A DNA stretch of 64,000 nt from a virus (taxonomy: Duplodnaviria; Caudoviricetes): positions 34,636 through 98,635 of IMG/VR virus record IMGVR_UViG_2515154161_000003; one strand, 5' to 3'. Both the position numbers and the translations under genes were made by a program. Positions 17,543 to 26,749 of the stretch are shown here, piece after piece (the stretch's first letter is position 1; each line of letters begins with the position of its first letter). A model generated the notes under the pieces. That model ran no database searches, was not told where the DNA came from, and saw nothing but the letters and a program-made list of their open reading frames with translations.

Positions 17543-19005
17543 ACCCTCCTTGTCGTGGGCGCAAATACCACGGTGTAACTGTTGAAGTCGAAGTCCTTGT
17601 CACCAGCAAGGGACAGTTGCCAGTGCCTGCCGCGCAGCCCTTTTCCCAGGGCTACGCGATGCTGATGGAGTGTGGCAACATCACCGTTCACCACGTACTC
17701 ACAGGCGTCACCTTCGTCCGTCGACACGGTGAGAACCATGTCGCCCTGGCTATGCATGTCGATGTAGAAATCGCTCGCACGTTTCTGATGCGGTTCCCGA
17801 AAATCCAGGTTCCCCGTCTTCATTGAGAACGGTATCGACTCCTGGGGGACTTCCAACTGATAAAGGCCATCATCTGCAGCACCGTAATACCGGCCATCTA
17901 TCTCACAGAAGCTGTTGAACGGATAATCCGAAAACGTCGTGCTGGCATTTGTGATCGTGTTCGTCGCAAACACAAGAATCAGTTTTTCAATCAGTTCCGC
18001 CGCCAGATTGGCAACGGGCCTTGGCAAGGTGATGTCAGCCGAAGCGTTGATCTGTTGAAGCGCAAAGAGGTGCCCATCAATACGGGGGAGCGCCACAGAC
18101 AGTTCGGCACGAGCACCCACAACAGCGTCGGCGGCAAATCCCAACTTGTTGAGTGCGGCAGACAGCGAACCAACAACACCCGGCACCCCGACCAGATCCA
18201 CTTTCACGCGGGGGACAGAAAGGCTAAGTTCAGCAAGCTGAGTTGCCGCACCTGTCGAACTTGCGTTCAAGCGTGGCAAGGTGGTATCGAGTACCGCAGA
18301 TATGCCGACAGCACCCGTCATGGAGCTGCCGAGGGATGGCAACAATGCAGCCAGCACGTAAGAACCACCAGCCAATTCTGCGCTCAATGCTGGCAAGCTC
18401 AGATCAAATTTCCCGACCCCGCCGACAAAGCCAAGTTGCTCTGAGGTGATCTTCGGTAACGCGATTTCCAACGAAGCGAAAGTACCTTGGCGTGCAGCAA
18501 TAACCGTCACGAAACTCGGCAGTTGAACCGAGATCAGATTGCCAAGAGCGACACTGATGCTGGCAGCCCCTGACACCCGTGCGCCACCGCTCGCGTCCTC
18601 GTGCACGGTTGCATTGCGGTAATCCGCTCCCCCGGATACCTGCACGCCATCCCCTGCAATGACCAGATGCTGGGTAGCATTGCGATATGGAGCCTTTCCC
18701 GCCAGTGTTATGCCAATGCCATCAGAGCGAAAATTCAATGTTTCTACCGCAACAACCGTCGCACCTGCAAGTTGGCACCCGCCGCTTGCCACAACCTGTT
18801 GAACGATATTGCGTGCCGATGTACCCCCCGATACCTGCATGCCACCGCTTGCGCTCAGGCTGTAAGTGGTCGGCGGACTGTACTCTCCAGCAAGCAGGCT
18901 GGGGATGCGCCCCTGAGGAAGAAGGTATTCACCCGCGAACAATGCAGGAACCCTGCCCTGCAACGCGCTGTATTCACCGGAGACAAGATTGGGAAGACTT
19001 GCCAT
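17539..19005 (-). CDS. Repeat-rich tail/virion protein
   Basis: 15-aa and ~21-aa internal repeats; C-terminal YPFNSF...GKGLRGRHWQ. Confidence 0.65.
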   Translation of the reverse strand: MASLPNLVSGEYSALQGRVPALFAGEYLLPQGRIPSLLAGEYSPPTTYSLSASGGMQVSGGTSARNIVQQVVASGGCQLAGATVVAVETLNFRSDGIGITLAGKAPYRNATQHLVIAGDGVQVSGGADYRNATVHEDASGGARVSGAASISVALGNLISVQLPSFVTVIAARQGTFASLEIALPKITSEQLGFVGGVGKFDLSLPALSAELAGGSYVLAALLPSLGSSMTGAVGISAVLDTTLPRLNASSTGAATQLAELSLSVPRVKVDLVGVPGVVGSLSAALNKLGFAADAVVGARAELSVALPRIDGHLFALQQINASADITLPRPVANLAAELIEKLILVFATNTITNASTTFSDYPFNSFCEIDGRYYGAADDGLYQLEVPQESIPFSMKTGNLDFREPHQKRASDFYIDMHSQGDMVLTVSTDEGDACEYVVNGDVATLHQHRVALGKGLRGRHWQLSLAGDKDFDFNSYTVVFAPTTRRV

Positions 19006-19011
19006 ATGGCA

Positions 19012-19848
19012 TCAAACTGACAAAGTAAGAGCAGTGATGGTCGGACTAGCCCCCGATGCAACAAGTGCACTTGACAAAGTAATATCCGACCCAGCTGTCC
19101 CTGCGGACAGATCCATAGCATACAAACCTTTTGTCCACCGCCCCCATGTAGCGGTTCCCGCTGCAACAAATGTCGTGGCCTTTGTTGCTGCCAACGCAAT
19201 ACTCCCTGAAGCTGCGTCGTTAAAGTCGGTCGTCGCAAAGGTGTAGGTGGCTAAAGCTGTTTGACCGGATATTGGATCGCTCGCCAAAGTCGGCTGAGTT
19301 CCACCGTACAATGTCAGAGTACCGCCATCGGCCAGCTTTGGTTCTGTACCCGTAATGAATAGGCAATTCAGAATCGCATTACGCAGCGCTTCGTTCCACC
19401 GAACCGTCGCACCATTTGTTGCAGGAATCTTCCAAGACATCGACACCACTTTGCAGGGGGTGTTGATCGTCAGGGTATCCAGAATACAATCGGCCCCTGA
19501 TCCAGATAAACCCACCGTTCCTGTCACAGAAGCTGACCCCACCGAATTTTCATAAACGCAGAAACTCAGCGCGGTCCCTGTTACAGCCGAAGTCCCACTC
19601 CACGTCACACCAAGCTGTTTGACGCCTCCCACAGCCCCTGTACTCCACATATTGGCGCAGGTGTCGCTGGCCGTCCAACTACTACTCAAACTGGTACTCT
19701 CGGGTGCAAGCTGAGCGCTGGTCAATATACGTAACCGCACCACGCTCGTCGCAGTTGTGCCGGGCAAACACCCACCAGCCGCCGTTGTAGCCTTTACCAA
19801 GGCATTCAGCAGCCTGTTCTTCGCTGCGGTGCTGATTTGAATAGCCAT
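19012..19848 (-). CDS. Virion protein with two copies of the domain found in 20260-20712
   Basis: LYGGTQP...AAGTATWGR matches IYSGTQP...AAGTAGWFR of the neighbouring gene. Confidence 0.65.
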   Translation of the reverse strand: MAIQISTAAKNRLLNALVKATTAAGGCLPGTTATSVVRLRILTSAQLAPESTSLSSSWTASDTCANMWSTGAVGGVKQLGVTWSGTSAVTGTALSFCVYENSVGSASVTGTVGLSGSGADCILDTLTINTPCKVVSMSWKIPATNGATVRWNEALRNAILNCLFITGTEPKLADGGTLTLYGGTQPTLASDPISGQTALATYTFATTDFNDAASGSIALAATKATTFVAAGTATWGRWTKGLYAMDLSAGTAGSDITLSSALVASGASPTITALTLSV

Positions 19849-19854
19849 AACAAG

Positions 19855-20250
19855 TCACACCTTGCTCAAGGTGATTTTCGGTGTCAGCTTGATCACATCA
19901 CCGGACATCACAGTGACGCTGGCGCTGAAGCGCTCCGCCCACAGCAGCACCCCACTTGTTGCATCAGTGACGTAATACCCATAAATCACTTGGCTGGAAC
20001 CCGCATTCGTCCAGCTCAGTTCGGCATACGCAGCCTCCGCCACAGCGTTCGCGTTTTGTGCGATGGTCCAAGATGAGCCGGTCAGCGTCTTGGCTGCATA
20101 GCCGGAAAAGTTCGCTTCGGTGTAGCTTGCTGCAGTATCTGCGTCGGCAGGCGTAATGTCATTCGTGTAGAAATGCAGTTGCTGGTTTCCTGCCCCCAGC
20201 ATCAGCGCCAGGAGCTTGTTTTCTCCAACAGCAGGAATGAATAGTGACAT
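19855..20250 (-). CDS. Virion structural protein
   Basis: Operon position; YTEANFSGYAAKTL...IYGYYV...LLWAERF. Confidence 0.65.
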   Translation of the reverse strand: MSLFIPAVGENKLLALMLGAGNQQLHFYTNDITPADADTAASYTEANFSGYAAKTLTGSSWTIAQNANAVAEAAYAELSWTNAGSSQVIYGYYVTDATSGVLLWAERFSASVTVMSGDVIKLTPKITLSKV

Positions 20251-20259
20251 GCTGGCTCC

Positions 20260-20712
20260 TTACGCCATCGGCAGAGTAAAGTTTGCTGTGCTCAACACGA
20301 ACGGGGCGCTCGCCGAAATCGTCAAAGACCCGAGCGTCATTTCTGCGCCGCTTGTTGCAATCGCTCCATCAAAACGAATTGCACTGTTGCTTGCAGCCGC
20401 CCCCGTATCACCAACCTGACGGCAGCGGAACCACCCCGCCGTTCCCGCCGCAACGGCAGTGCCACTCCAGGTTTCGGCACCCGCCTTGCTGATCACCCCG
20501 GCAGTGGCGGTCGCCCCCATATGCATCCCAGTTCCGGCACCGTTGTTACTCACCGTGACAAGCAGAGTGCCGGTCGCAGCGGCATCCGGGCTGGTCGGCT
20601 GAGTGCCGCTATAGATGTCGATGACGAAGCCATTCGCCCCCTCGATAGCCGCTTTGAGTGAGCTGGACGCCATCACGGCATTCACCAGCCCTGTGGAAAG
20701 ACGTAGTGCCAT
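20260..20712 (-). CDS. Virion structural protein
   Basis: MALRLSTGL...IYSGTQP...GTAGWFR; strong RBS. Confidence 0.7.
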   Translation of the reverse strand: MALRLSTGLVNAVMASSSLKAAIEGANGFVIDIYSGTQPTSPDAAATGTLLVTVSNNGAGTGMHMGATATAGVISKAGAETWSGTAVAAGTAGWFRCRQVGDTGAAASNSAIRFDGAIATSGAEMTLGSLTISASAPFVLSTANFTLPMA

Positions 20713-20721
20713 ATGAACTCC

Positions 20722-21894
20722 TTAGCCGCGCAGGGCCGTAATGAGATGCGGCGTACCGCCGCGAACCTTGAACAAACTTGCTCCACTGCATGCAGCAGGC
20801 AGCACATAGCGCCCCGCCGTCAATTCCTTGAACTGCCCGCCGCTGGTCCCCATGCAGATCCCCCGTTCCGAGGCCCACATCCAGATCGGGCCTTGCGTCG
20901 TACCGTCCCCCACGTAGTAACCCGGCACCTCGACAGCAGTCCCCAAAACAGCGCCGTAGTTCGCCGCCTTCATCCGGGTAAATTCAGCAGGGTCGCTCCC
21001 CTGCAGAAATACGATTTCTCTATCAGACCCAACAAAGACACCGTCAGACACCGGGGCGAACAAAGTCACCACACCGGGGCATCCAAGATACCCTCCAACG
21101 CGGTCAAACAGTTCGAACTCGTAGGGCTGACTGTACCACAGCCACTGGCCTTGGGCCACATACAGGCGCCCATTGTAGTACCCCAGCACGCGGCCGGAAG
21201 GTGCTGGCCCCATGTGGAGAGTACGTACTGGCACCCCTCGCGTAGGAATTTCAGACAACATCAGAGACTTGGTCTGATTAGGCACGGTTGCGGCCAGGAA
21301 CGGCAGCTCCCCTCCTCGCTCGGACACATAGACCTTGATATGACTCACAGCGGGGTTCGAAGAGGCCACCAGGGAGAATGCAAGGCCACTGTTTGCGCCC
21401 ACCTCCACACGCTGCACGGGGCTGGCGCCTGACTCATGGCCGTCATCCCGCACATAGGTCACGCAATAAAGGTAGGAGCCTGCTGGCACAGAACCCAGGC
21501 ACAAGCCGACTTCAGGCGTGGCAGAAGGGTCTATGCCAGCCAGTCGGGGCGAAGCCCCCTTCAGCACACCTGTTTCAGTCCCATCGCTCCAGAACACCTC
21601 GTTATTGACCCGCTGATAGCACAAACGCGTGCCTGCGACCTGCTTGATCGGCGTCAGCCCGCCATCACTGAACCGACATAGCCAGCCATTCTGGACAAAA
21701 TAGGAGTCCCCTTCGCTGCTCCACAAGCTGTGGCATTTTCCGGCAATTTTGCGCACGGCCCCCAGACGACGACAGGCTTTGCCGGTTTCATCAATCTCTA
21801 TATTGTTCCCCGCCAGCAGATCACCCGGCTTGAACCGATCCGGTGGGAGATCGTTCCTGACCCCAAGGCTGGCGCTGATTTCCACTGGTTTCAT
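20722..21894 (-). CDS. Podoviral tail nozzle/stabilisation-like protein
   Basis: GVRND...NIEIDETG...RRLG N-terminus; beta-rich; GGAGG RBS before ATG 21894. Confidence 0.65.
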   Translation of the reverse strand: MKPVEISASLGVRNDLPPDRFKPGDLLAGNNIEIDETGKACRRLGAVRKIAGKCHSLWSSEGDSYFVQNGWLCRFSDGGLTPIKQVAGTRLCYQRVNNEVFWSDGTETGVLKGASPRLAGIDPSATPEVGLCLGSVPAGSYLYCVTYVRDDGHESGASPVQRVEVGANSGLAFSLVASSNPAVSHIKVYVSERGGELPFLAATVPNQTKSLMLSEIPTRGVPVRTLHMGPAPSGRVLGYYNGRLYVAQGQWLWYSQPYEFELFDRVGGYLGCPGVVTLFAPVSDGVFVGSDREIVFLQGSDPAEFTRMKAANYGAVLGTAVEVPGYYVGDGTTQGPIWMWASERGICMGTSGGQFKELTAGRYVLPAACSGASLFKVRGGTPHLITALRG

Positions 21895-22015
21895 GAACAC
21901 CTCCAAATAGGTGCCAGCGGCAACCTGGAGAATGAAGCTGCCGCTGGCGTCCGTGGTTACTTCCGGCGAAAGGAACAAACCGGAACAACACTCCACTCAC
22001 GGCTGGGAGTTCTGT

Positions 22016-22696
22016 TCACAAGCCTCCATAAGCCACGACTCTGGTCTTGTGCTTGTACCGGTCCTGCTCTGCTTTCGCTTGTGCGCAGTAAGCGCGGAAT
22101 TCGCCTTCAAACAAGTCAGCCCGGCCTTTGTCAAAGGTCTCCGCATCCTGCTTGCCATATGCGAGATGCTTCATCCATTTGAGCAATGACCAATGATGGA
22201 TGTCTTCAAGCTCTTCGAACTGGGCGCTATCGCTCGCAAGCCTGTTCAGCGGAAGGCGATACACATGCAGGTCTACGATGTCATCTTGGTCTGGAACCAT
22301 CACCCAGCGGACTACATTTTTCTGCATCCCGATCACCATGTAGCGCACCGCCCCTGGCCTTTCATCCAAGACCAATGTCTTGACCTGCCCGTAATCGGAG
22401 GAACGCATGCGTCCCAGGTCTTCAGCGTTTATGATTTCGAGGGAAGCACGATCCGAACGGCGCGTGGCACTGATGATGCGCAGGATAGCGGGATGCAGGG
22501 CACTTGTCGGCTGCCCCGATACCACTGCCACCGCACATGCGGACGACATGAAATCAGGCAACCCACCGACGAGACGCCAGAACATCATGTACGCCTCGTT
22601 CATATACCGCCAGACTTCGTCATCCGACCACAGGTAAGGCTTGGCAGTATCCACCACTTCTGAGCGAAACGAGGCCAGCAACTCAGCCGGTGTCAT
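22016..22696 (-). CDS. Head-tail adaptor (tail tubular protein A-like)
   Basis: PYLWSDDEVWRYMNEA, HHWSLLKW...AYGKQDAETFD. Confidence 0.7.
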   Translation of the reverse strand: MTPAELLASFRSEVVDTAKPYLWSDDEVWRYMNEAYMMFWRLVGGLPDFMSSACAVAVVSGQPTSALHPAILRIISATRRSDRASLEIINAEDLGRMRSSDYGQVKTLVLDERPGAVRYMVIGMQKNVVRWVMVPDQDDIVDLHVYRLPLNRLASDSAQFEELEDIHHWSLLKWMKHLAYGKQDAETFDKGRADLFEGEFRAYCAQAKAEQDRYKHKTRVVAYGGL

Positions 22697-23077
22697 TTAG
22701 CCTGCCTTGGAAATCTTGTACTCAGCCCATGCCGAAACAATCTCGGCCCGATCCGTGCTGAATTCAACCAGCTTCTCTACCGACTTGACCGTCGGCACGC
22801 CCTGGCCGGTAAAGTCCTTGGCATCGTTGGTGGCTACAATCTCCTCAAAGGCCAGGAACAGATATTCCTTCCGCTCGGCTTCCGTGAGCTGCACGGATTC
22901 CTTTGGCGGCGGAGCAATCATCTCCGGCGCAGTTTCGCCTTCCGCGACTTGCCCACCAATGGCGACGATCTCACGTTCCATGTTCGGAGGCACCCAGGTC
23001 GGCTCATCCTTCAGGAACGAAATGACACCGTGCGTTGAACGATGGGTGTGGGTACGGTTAAGCGTGTATTTGGGCAT
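22697..23077 (-). CDS. Phage head-associated hypothetical protein
   Basis: DFTGQGVPTVKSVE...RAEIVSAW; operon position. Confidence 0.7.
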   Translation of the reverse strand: MPKYTLNRTHTHRSTHGVISFLKDEPTWVPPNMEREIVAIGGQVAEGETAPEMIAPPPKESVQLTEAERKEYLFLAFEEIVATNDAKDFTGQGVPTVKSVEKLVEFSTDRAEIVSAWAEYKISKAG

Positions 23078-23096
23078 GATTCACCTTTCTAAAGGT

Positions 23097-23116
23097 GGGC
23101 GGGCTTTCGCCCGCCC
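23097..23116 (-). terminator. Hairpin after the capsid/decoration genes
   Basis: GGGCGGGC-GAAA-GCCCGCCC followed by ACCTTT on the minus strand. Confidence 0.6.
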
Positions 23117-23140
23117 GAATCCACCACAAGGAGGCGTGAA

Positions 23141-23587
23141 TTAGTTCGGAACCGTTTCGTTGGCACGGCCAGGGATCGTGTACATCACACGAACCGTGGC
23201 CTTGCCAGCCGTGGCATTGGCAACCGTCGACCCGATAGTCAGGCGCAGGTTTTCGCTGCTGCGGTATCCCGTCAGGGTCAGTGGGGTGCGCCCGGCAGTT
23301 TTGAGATCGACTGCGGCGGCATAGCGATTGGGCATAGCGGAATCGCCCAGCGATACGGTGTATGCCGTCGGCCCTGCCCCCGCTGTTTCCACCACGATCT
23401 CACCACCGATCACCACGGCTGCCTCGGGCAGATTGATGATTTCAGCAATCGCTTGATCCGCAAAATTCGCCCCAAATGAGCGCATCACGCCGGAAACATC
23501 GGAGATCGTGTCATCGAAGCTGAATGTGAATTCGGACACCAAGGGCCATTGCGCGGCCCGAGCTTTCTTGAGCTGGCTCATAGTCAC
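23141..23587 (-). CDS. Putative capsid decoration/cement protein
   Basis: Immediately after the major capsid gene; beta-sandwich-like LPEAAVVIGG...VSLGD...GKATVRVMY. Confidence 0.65.
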   Translation of the reverse strand: MTMSQLKKARAAQWPLVSEFTFSFDDTISDVSGVMRSFGANFADQAIAEIINLPEAAVVIGGEIVVETAGAGPTAYTVSLGDSAMPNRYAAAVDLKTAGRTPLTLTGYRSSENLRLTIGSTVANATAGKATVRVMYTIPGRANETVPN

Positions 23588-23590
23588 CCC

Positions 23591-24703
23591 TTACTGCGCC
23601 ACAAAGGCGGAAATGACACCATGATCTTCCTTGGTGCCGTCGCTGTACTGCGTAGTGAATTGCGGCTTCAGGAAGCCCAGAATCTTGCCAACGCTGATGC
23701 CGGGCTGGTTGTCGTAGTCGAATTCCTTTTCAACCCATTCCGGGTTGCCGATGTCGGCCATGCCGAGTGCCTGGGCACCGCAGAACAGCACTTGGCAACC
23801 ATCGACCGTACCGGTGGAGCCAAACTTCGACCCGGCTGGCGCCAGACGCGTGTTCGGCACATGCCGGAATTCATGCAGGTAGATGCCGTCGATCTTCACG
23901 CTCGACCCGGTGAACAGCTCGTTCTGTGCACCGCGCTGCTGTGCGTAACGCAGGTTGGCAATATAGGTCGGGTCCAGCTTGAGCCTGGACATCGCCATCG
24001 GGGACAGGAAGGCATGGAAGGTCTCTTCACCCCCATCGGCCATGATGCCCCGCATGTAGTTTTCCTTGGCATATGCCTTGAGCTGCACAAACAGCTCCCA
24101 GGACGGTGTATCGGCTGCCGCAACCGTATTGCTCCCACCGCCCTGCTCAATGAGCTTGCTGGCATTGTTCCAGCGGAATATGCGCTTAGCACTGGGGGGA
24201 GTCACGTCCTTGGCGAACTCCAGGTTCTTCAGATCGGAACCGATCCGGGTCTTGCCATTGGTGGCATAGGAGTAGGCTTTGCCTGCCAGAGTCAGAAAGG
24301 CAAGCTGATCGATACGGTCTGACAGCCAGTAGGCCAGCTTGTCGCGGGAGTTCTCGCGGAAATTCACCACCGAACGCTGGTCAGCCATCCGGCCTTCATG
24401 CCGGTTGGCATTGCGAAGCTGGTCGATCTGGATCACCTGATCGTAGGACTTCAGCACTTCCTCATTGCCTTCCAGCGTGCGGTCGCCCACCACCCCATCG
24501 CCTTCAAGGTCAGCCAGCAGGGTGATGACGGCACGCGCACCTTTTTCAGTCTTCTTCAGCTCCGTAATGTGCTGAATCAGGCTGTTGGCATCTTTGCCGA
24601 GGAATTTGTTCACATAGGAAAGGTTACGGGCCTGACGCCAGAAATCCAGGCTCCAGACCGTCTTCTGCTCATTGGTGAGCAGGGCAAAGTTCGTTTGTGC
24701 CAT
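23591..24703 (-). CDS. Major capsid protein (N4-gp56/DUF4043-like)
   Basis: LLADLEGDGVVGDRTLEGNEE, IDQLRNA, LFCGAQALG, EKEFDYDN, DHGVI. Confidence 0.9.
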   Translation of the reverse strand: MAQTNFALLTNEQKTVWSLDFWRQARNLSYVNKFLGKDANSLIQHITELKKTEKGARAVITLLADLEGDGVVGDRTLEGNEEVLKSYDQVIQIDQLRNANRHEGRMADQRSVVNFRENSRDKLAYWLSDRIDQLAFLTLAGKAYSYATNGKTRIGSDLKNLEFAKDVTPPSAKRIFRWNNASKLIEQGGGSNTVAAADTPSWELFVQLKAYAKENYMRGIMADGGEETFHAFLSPMAMSRLKLDPTYIANLRYAQQRGAQNELFTGSSVKIDGIYLHEFRHVPNTRLAPAGSKFGSTGTVDGCQVLFCGAQALGMADIGNPEWVEKEFDYDNQPGISVGKILGFLKPQFTTQYSDGTKEDHGVISAFVAQ

Positions 24704-24845
24704 GCGGCAACCTCCAAAAGTCGTTCAGGGTTCTCTTGGCCTCATCGCGGGCCGCTCGGTGCCTGTGTCGCTGGCAACTTGCGAGAAAACTTCAAACGAC
24801 TTTTGACGGGGACGAACCGGCTGCCTGTATCGCAGGTAGCTATGC
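24704..24845 (-). ncRNA. Structured 5' leader of the capsid mRNA (candidate cis-regulatory RNA)
   Basis: 11-bp perfect closing stem (24715-24725/24795-24805) next to the RBS, and three GCGA-loop hairpins. Confidence 0.6.
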
Positions 24846-24853
24846 GTTAACGC

Positions 24854-24890
24854 TCTTTAAGAAGTCTATACAACTCTTACAGATTGTCAA
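24854..24890 (-). promoter_or_regulatory. Capsid promoter with phased TCT-N3-AGA operator
   Basis: TTGACA-16-TAGACT on the minus strand; TCTTTAAGA at 24854 and TCTTACAGA at 24875. Confidence 0.7.
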
Positions 24891-25090
24891 GGGAGGGAGG
24901 ATGACCCCTTGCGCAATTACCTGCAGGCACAAGAGCTGCCCTAACGATCATAGCAAATACACATTCGGGCTGGGGTAGCCTACTGTTTTGTCAAGGGCAA
25001 AGCCAACACTGATCAACCAAGTAAGATCGCAGAAGCATCCTCAGCATAGGCCTTTTGAAATAATCCAAACGGGCGGCCGAAAAAGATCAT

Positions 25091-25684
25091 ATGAAATTTA
25101 GCCAAGAAACCCTAGGAAGAGCTTTGGATTTTATTTCCAAAGCATCTGGGCCAGTCGCGCTTATTATAGGTGCATGGTGGTCATACTCCCAGTTTACCAT
25201 TCACAGAGATAACGCCGAAAACATCAATATTGCTATTGAACCAAAATTGATTGCAAAAAATACAAAAACCCCACTCATACTGGCAAATGTCACGATAGAC
25301 AATGTCGGAAATGTCCCAGTTCGCTCAGGAAGATACGATGAAGAGCACGAGGGCCTTGAGCTTACGGTAATCGAATACAGAAACCCTGCACAAGGAATCG
25401 GCCCCAATCAACAAGTCATCGACTGGGATCTAGGTGGCGACGCGCCTCCACCTAAAGACTGGCCGGTGGTCAAATACAACATGATAGGTCAGTATCAATC
25501 TTACAAAAGTGGCAACTACAATCTTAATCCAGGTTCAAAATACAAAGAAAGTGTCGCCATTCCTGCAAAACCAGGAAAACTTTACTTGCTTAGAGTGCGA
25601 TTTTTCAGCGATAACGGCTGGAGTACCTCTGATTTGTCTTTTGTATATACCGATATCACAGCAAACCCTTCTACCACAAACTAA
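25091..25684 (+). CDS. Cargo: membrane-anchored hypothetical protein
   Basis: Low GC, antisense to the late operon; one N-terminal TM then a beta-rich domain. Confidence 0.75.
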   Translation: MKFSQETLGRALDFISKASGPVALIIGAWWSYSQFTIHRDNAENINIAIEPKLIAKNTKTPLILANVTIDNVGNVPVRSGRYDEEHEGLELTVIEYRNPAQGIGPNQQVIDWDLGGDAPPPKDWPVVKYNMIGQYQSYKSGNYNLNPGSKYKESVAIPAKPGKLYLLRVRFFSDNGWSTSDLSFVYTDITANPSTTN

Positions 25685-25777
25685 CACATGTCATTAGCAA
25701 CGCATAGCTCACCAAAAGTCACACTATTGTTGTTAGTCATAATTGCGCACTAACTTTTAGCAAAGAGGAGAACCAAA

Positions 25778-26569
25778 ATGATCATTGTAAGCTCACGGCG
25801 TGATTTTACAAACTCCGACAATTTATGCCAAGAAGAACATATAATTCGTGAAGTAGATCTAAAAGATGACAAGACACTAAACACATACTCCACAAAAGAA
25901 CTTGCAAACGCGATAACTGGTAAAAATATTTGCATATTAGTGCATGGTTACAACAACGAGTTCTTTGAGGTCTGTGATGCATACCAGATCATGGAAACCG
26001 AAATCCACACAAACCTACCAAACACCTACGACGAGGTAATCGGATACACATGGCCTGGTGGCGACCACAAATTGGAATGGTGGGATGCTAAATCGAGAGC
26101 CAATGCTGTTGCCCGACGGTTCCGACAACTTCTAGAGACATTACAAAACAACTCCACTATCGATATTATTTCCCATAGTCTAGGGGCTAGAGTTTCACTT
26201 AAAGCGTTAAAAGAAGCCTCTACGACATTAGTTCGAAACTACTACTGCATGGCAGGAGCTGTTGACAATGAATGCTTAGAATACAACGAGGAGTTCTTTC
26301 CGGCACTAAACTCTGCCGGAAGGATATTTGTTATGCATTCAGCACGAGACGAGGTGCTTGCAGCCGCATACCGAGCAGCAGAGTTAGACAATGCCATCGG
26401 TCTATTCGGCCCCGAGGACAAAAATTCTGTCGAATCGTCAAAAAACATATATGTCGCGAACTGCAAAGCGGTAATCTCAAGTCACGGAGCCTATAAGCGA
26501 AGTGAAGCCATATTTAGATACATTGGCGGCACTCACACAACATCGCCTAATAAATATGTCACGCTCTAG
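25778..26569 (+). CDS. Cargo: alpha/beta hydrolase (DUF900-like)
   Basis: LVHGYN, YTWPG, nucleophile elbow SHSLG, HSARDEVL, SHGAY. Confidence 0.85.
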   Translation: MIIVSSRRDFTNSDNLCQEEHIIREVDLKDDKTLNTYSTKELANAITGKNICILVHGYNNEFFEVCDAYQIMETEIHTNLPNTYDEVIGYTWPGGDHKLEWWDAKSRANAVARRFRQLLETLQNNSTIDIISHSLGARVSLKALKEASTTLVRNYYCMAGAVDNECLEYNEEFFPALNSAGRIFVMHSARDEVLAAAYRAAELDNAIGLFGPEDKNSVESSKNIYVANCKAVISSHGAYKRSEAIFRYIGGTHTTSPNKYVTL

Positions 26570-26749
26570 AAACAAGAACTTGCAAGCTCTGGAGGAAGTT
26601 GCATTGATCTGGGGACAAAAGTATAGCCACAAGCAAAGCTGGCGGATTCATTCGCCAGCTTTTCAAAGCGTGAGACTATGCCGATGATGTGTCTCAGACT
26701 TCCAAGATAAATGGGCAGCAAGTCACCTTTCAATATGGGTAAGCAGGCA

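Noticed and set aside
17539-21894. Diversity-generating retroelement or invertible tail-fibre cassette
   Set aside because: No reverse transcriptase, invertase or TR/VR repeat pair seen
24854-24890. Phased operator as a LexA/SOS box
   Set aside because: None of the six sites I inspected fits CTGT-N8-ACAG
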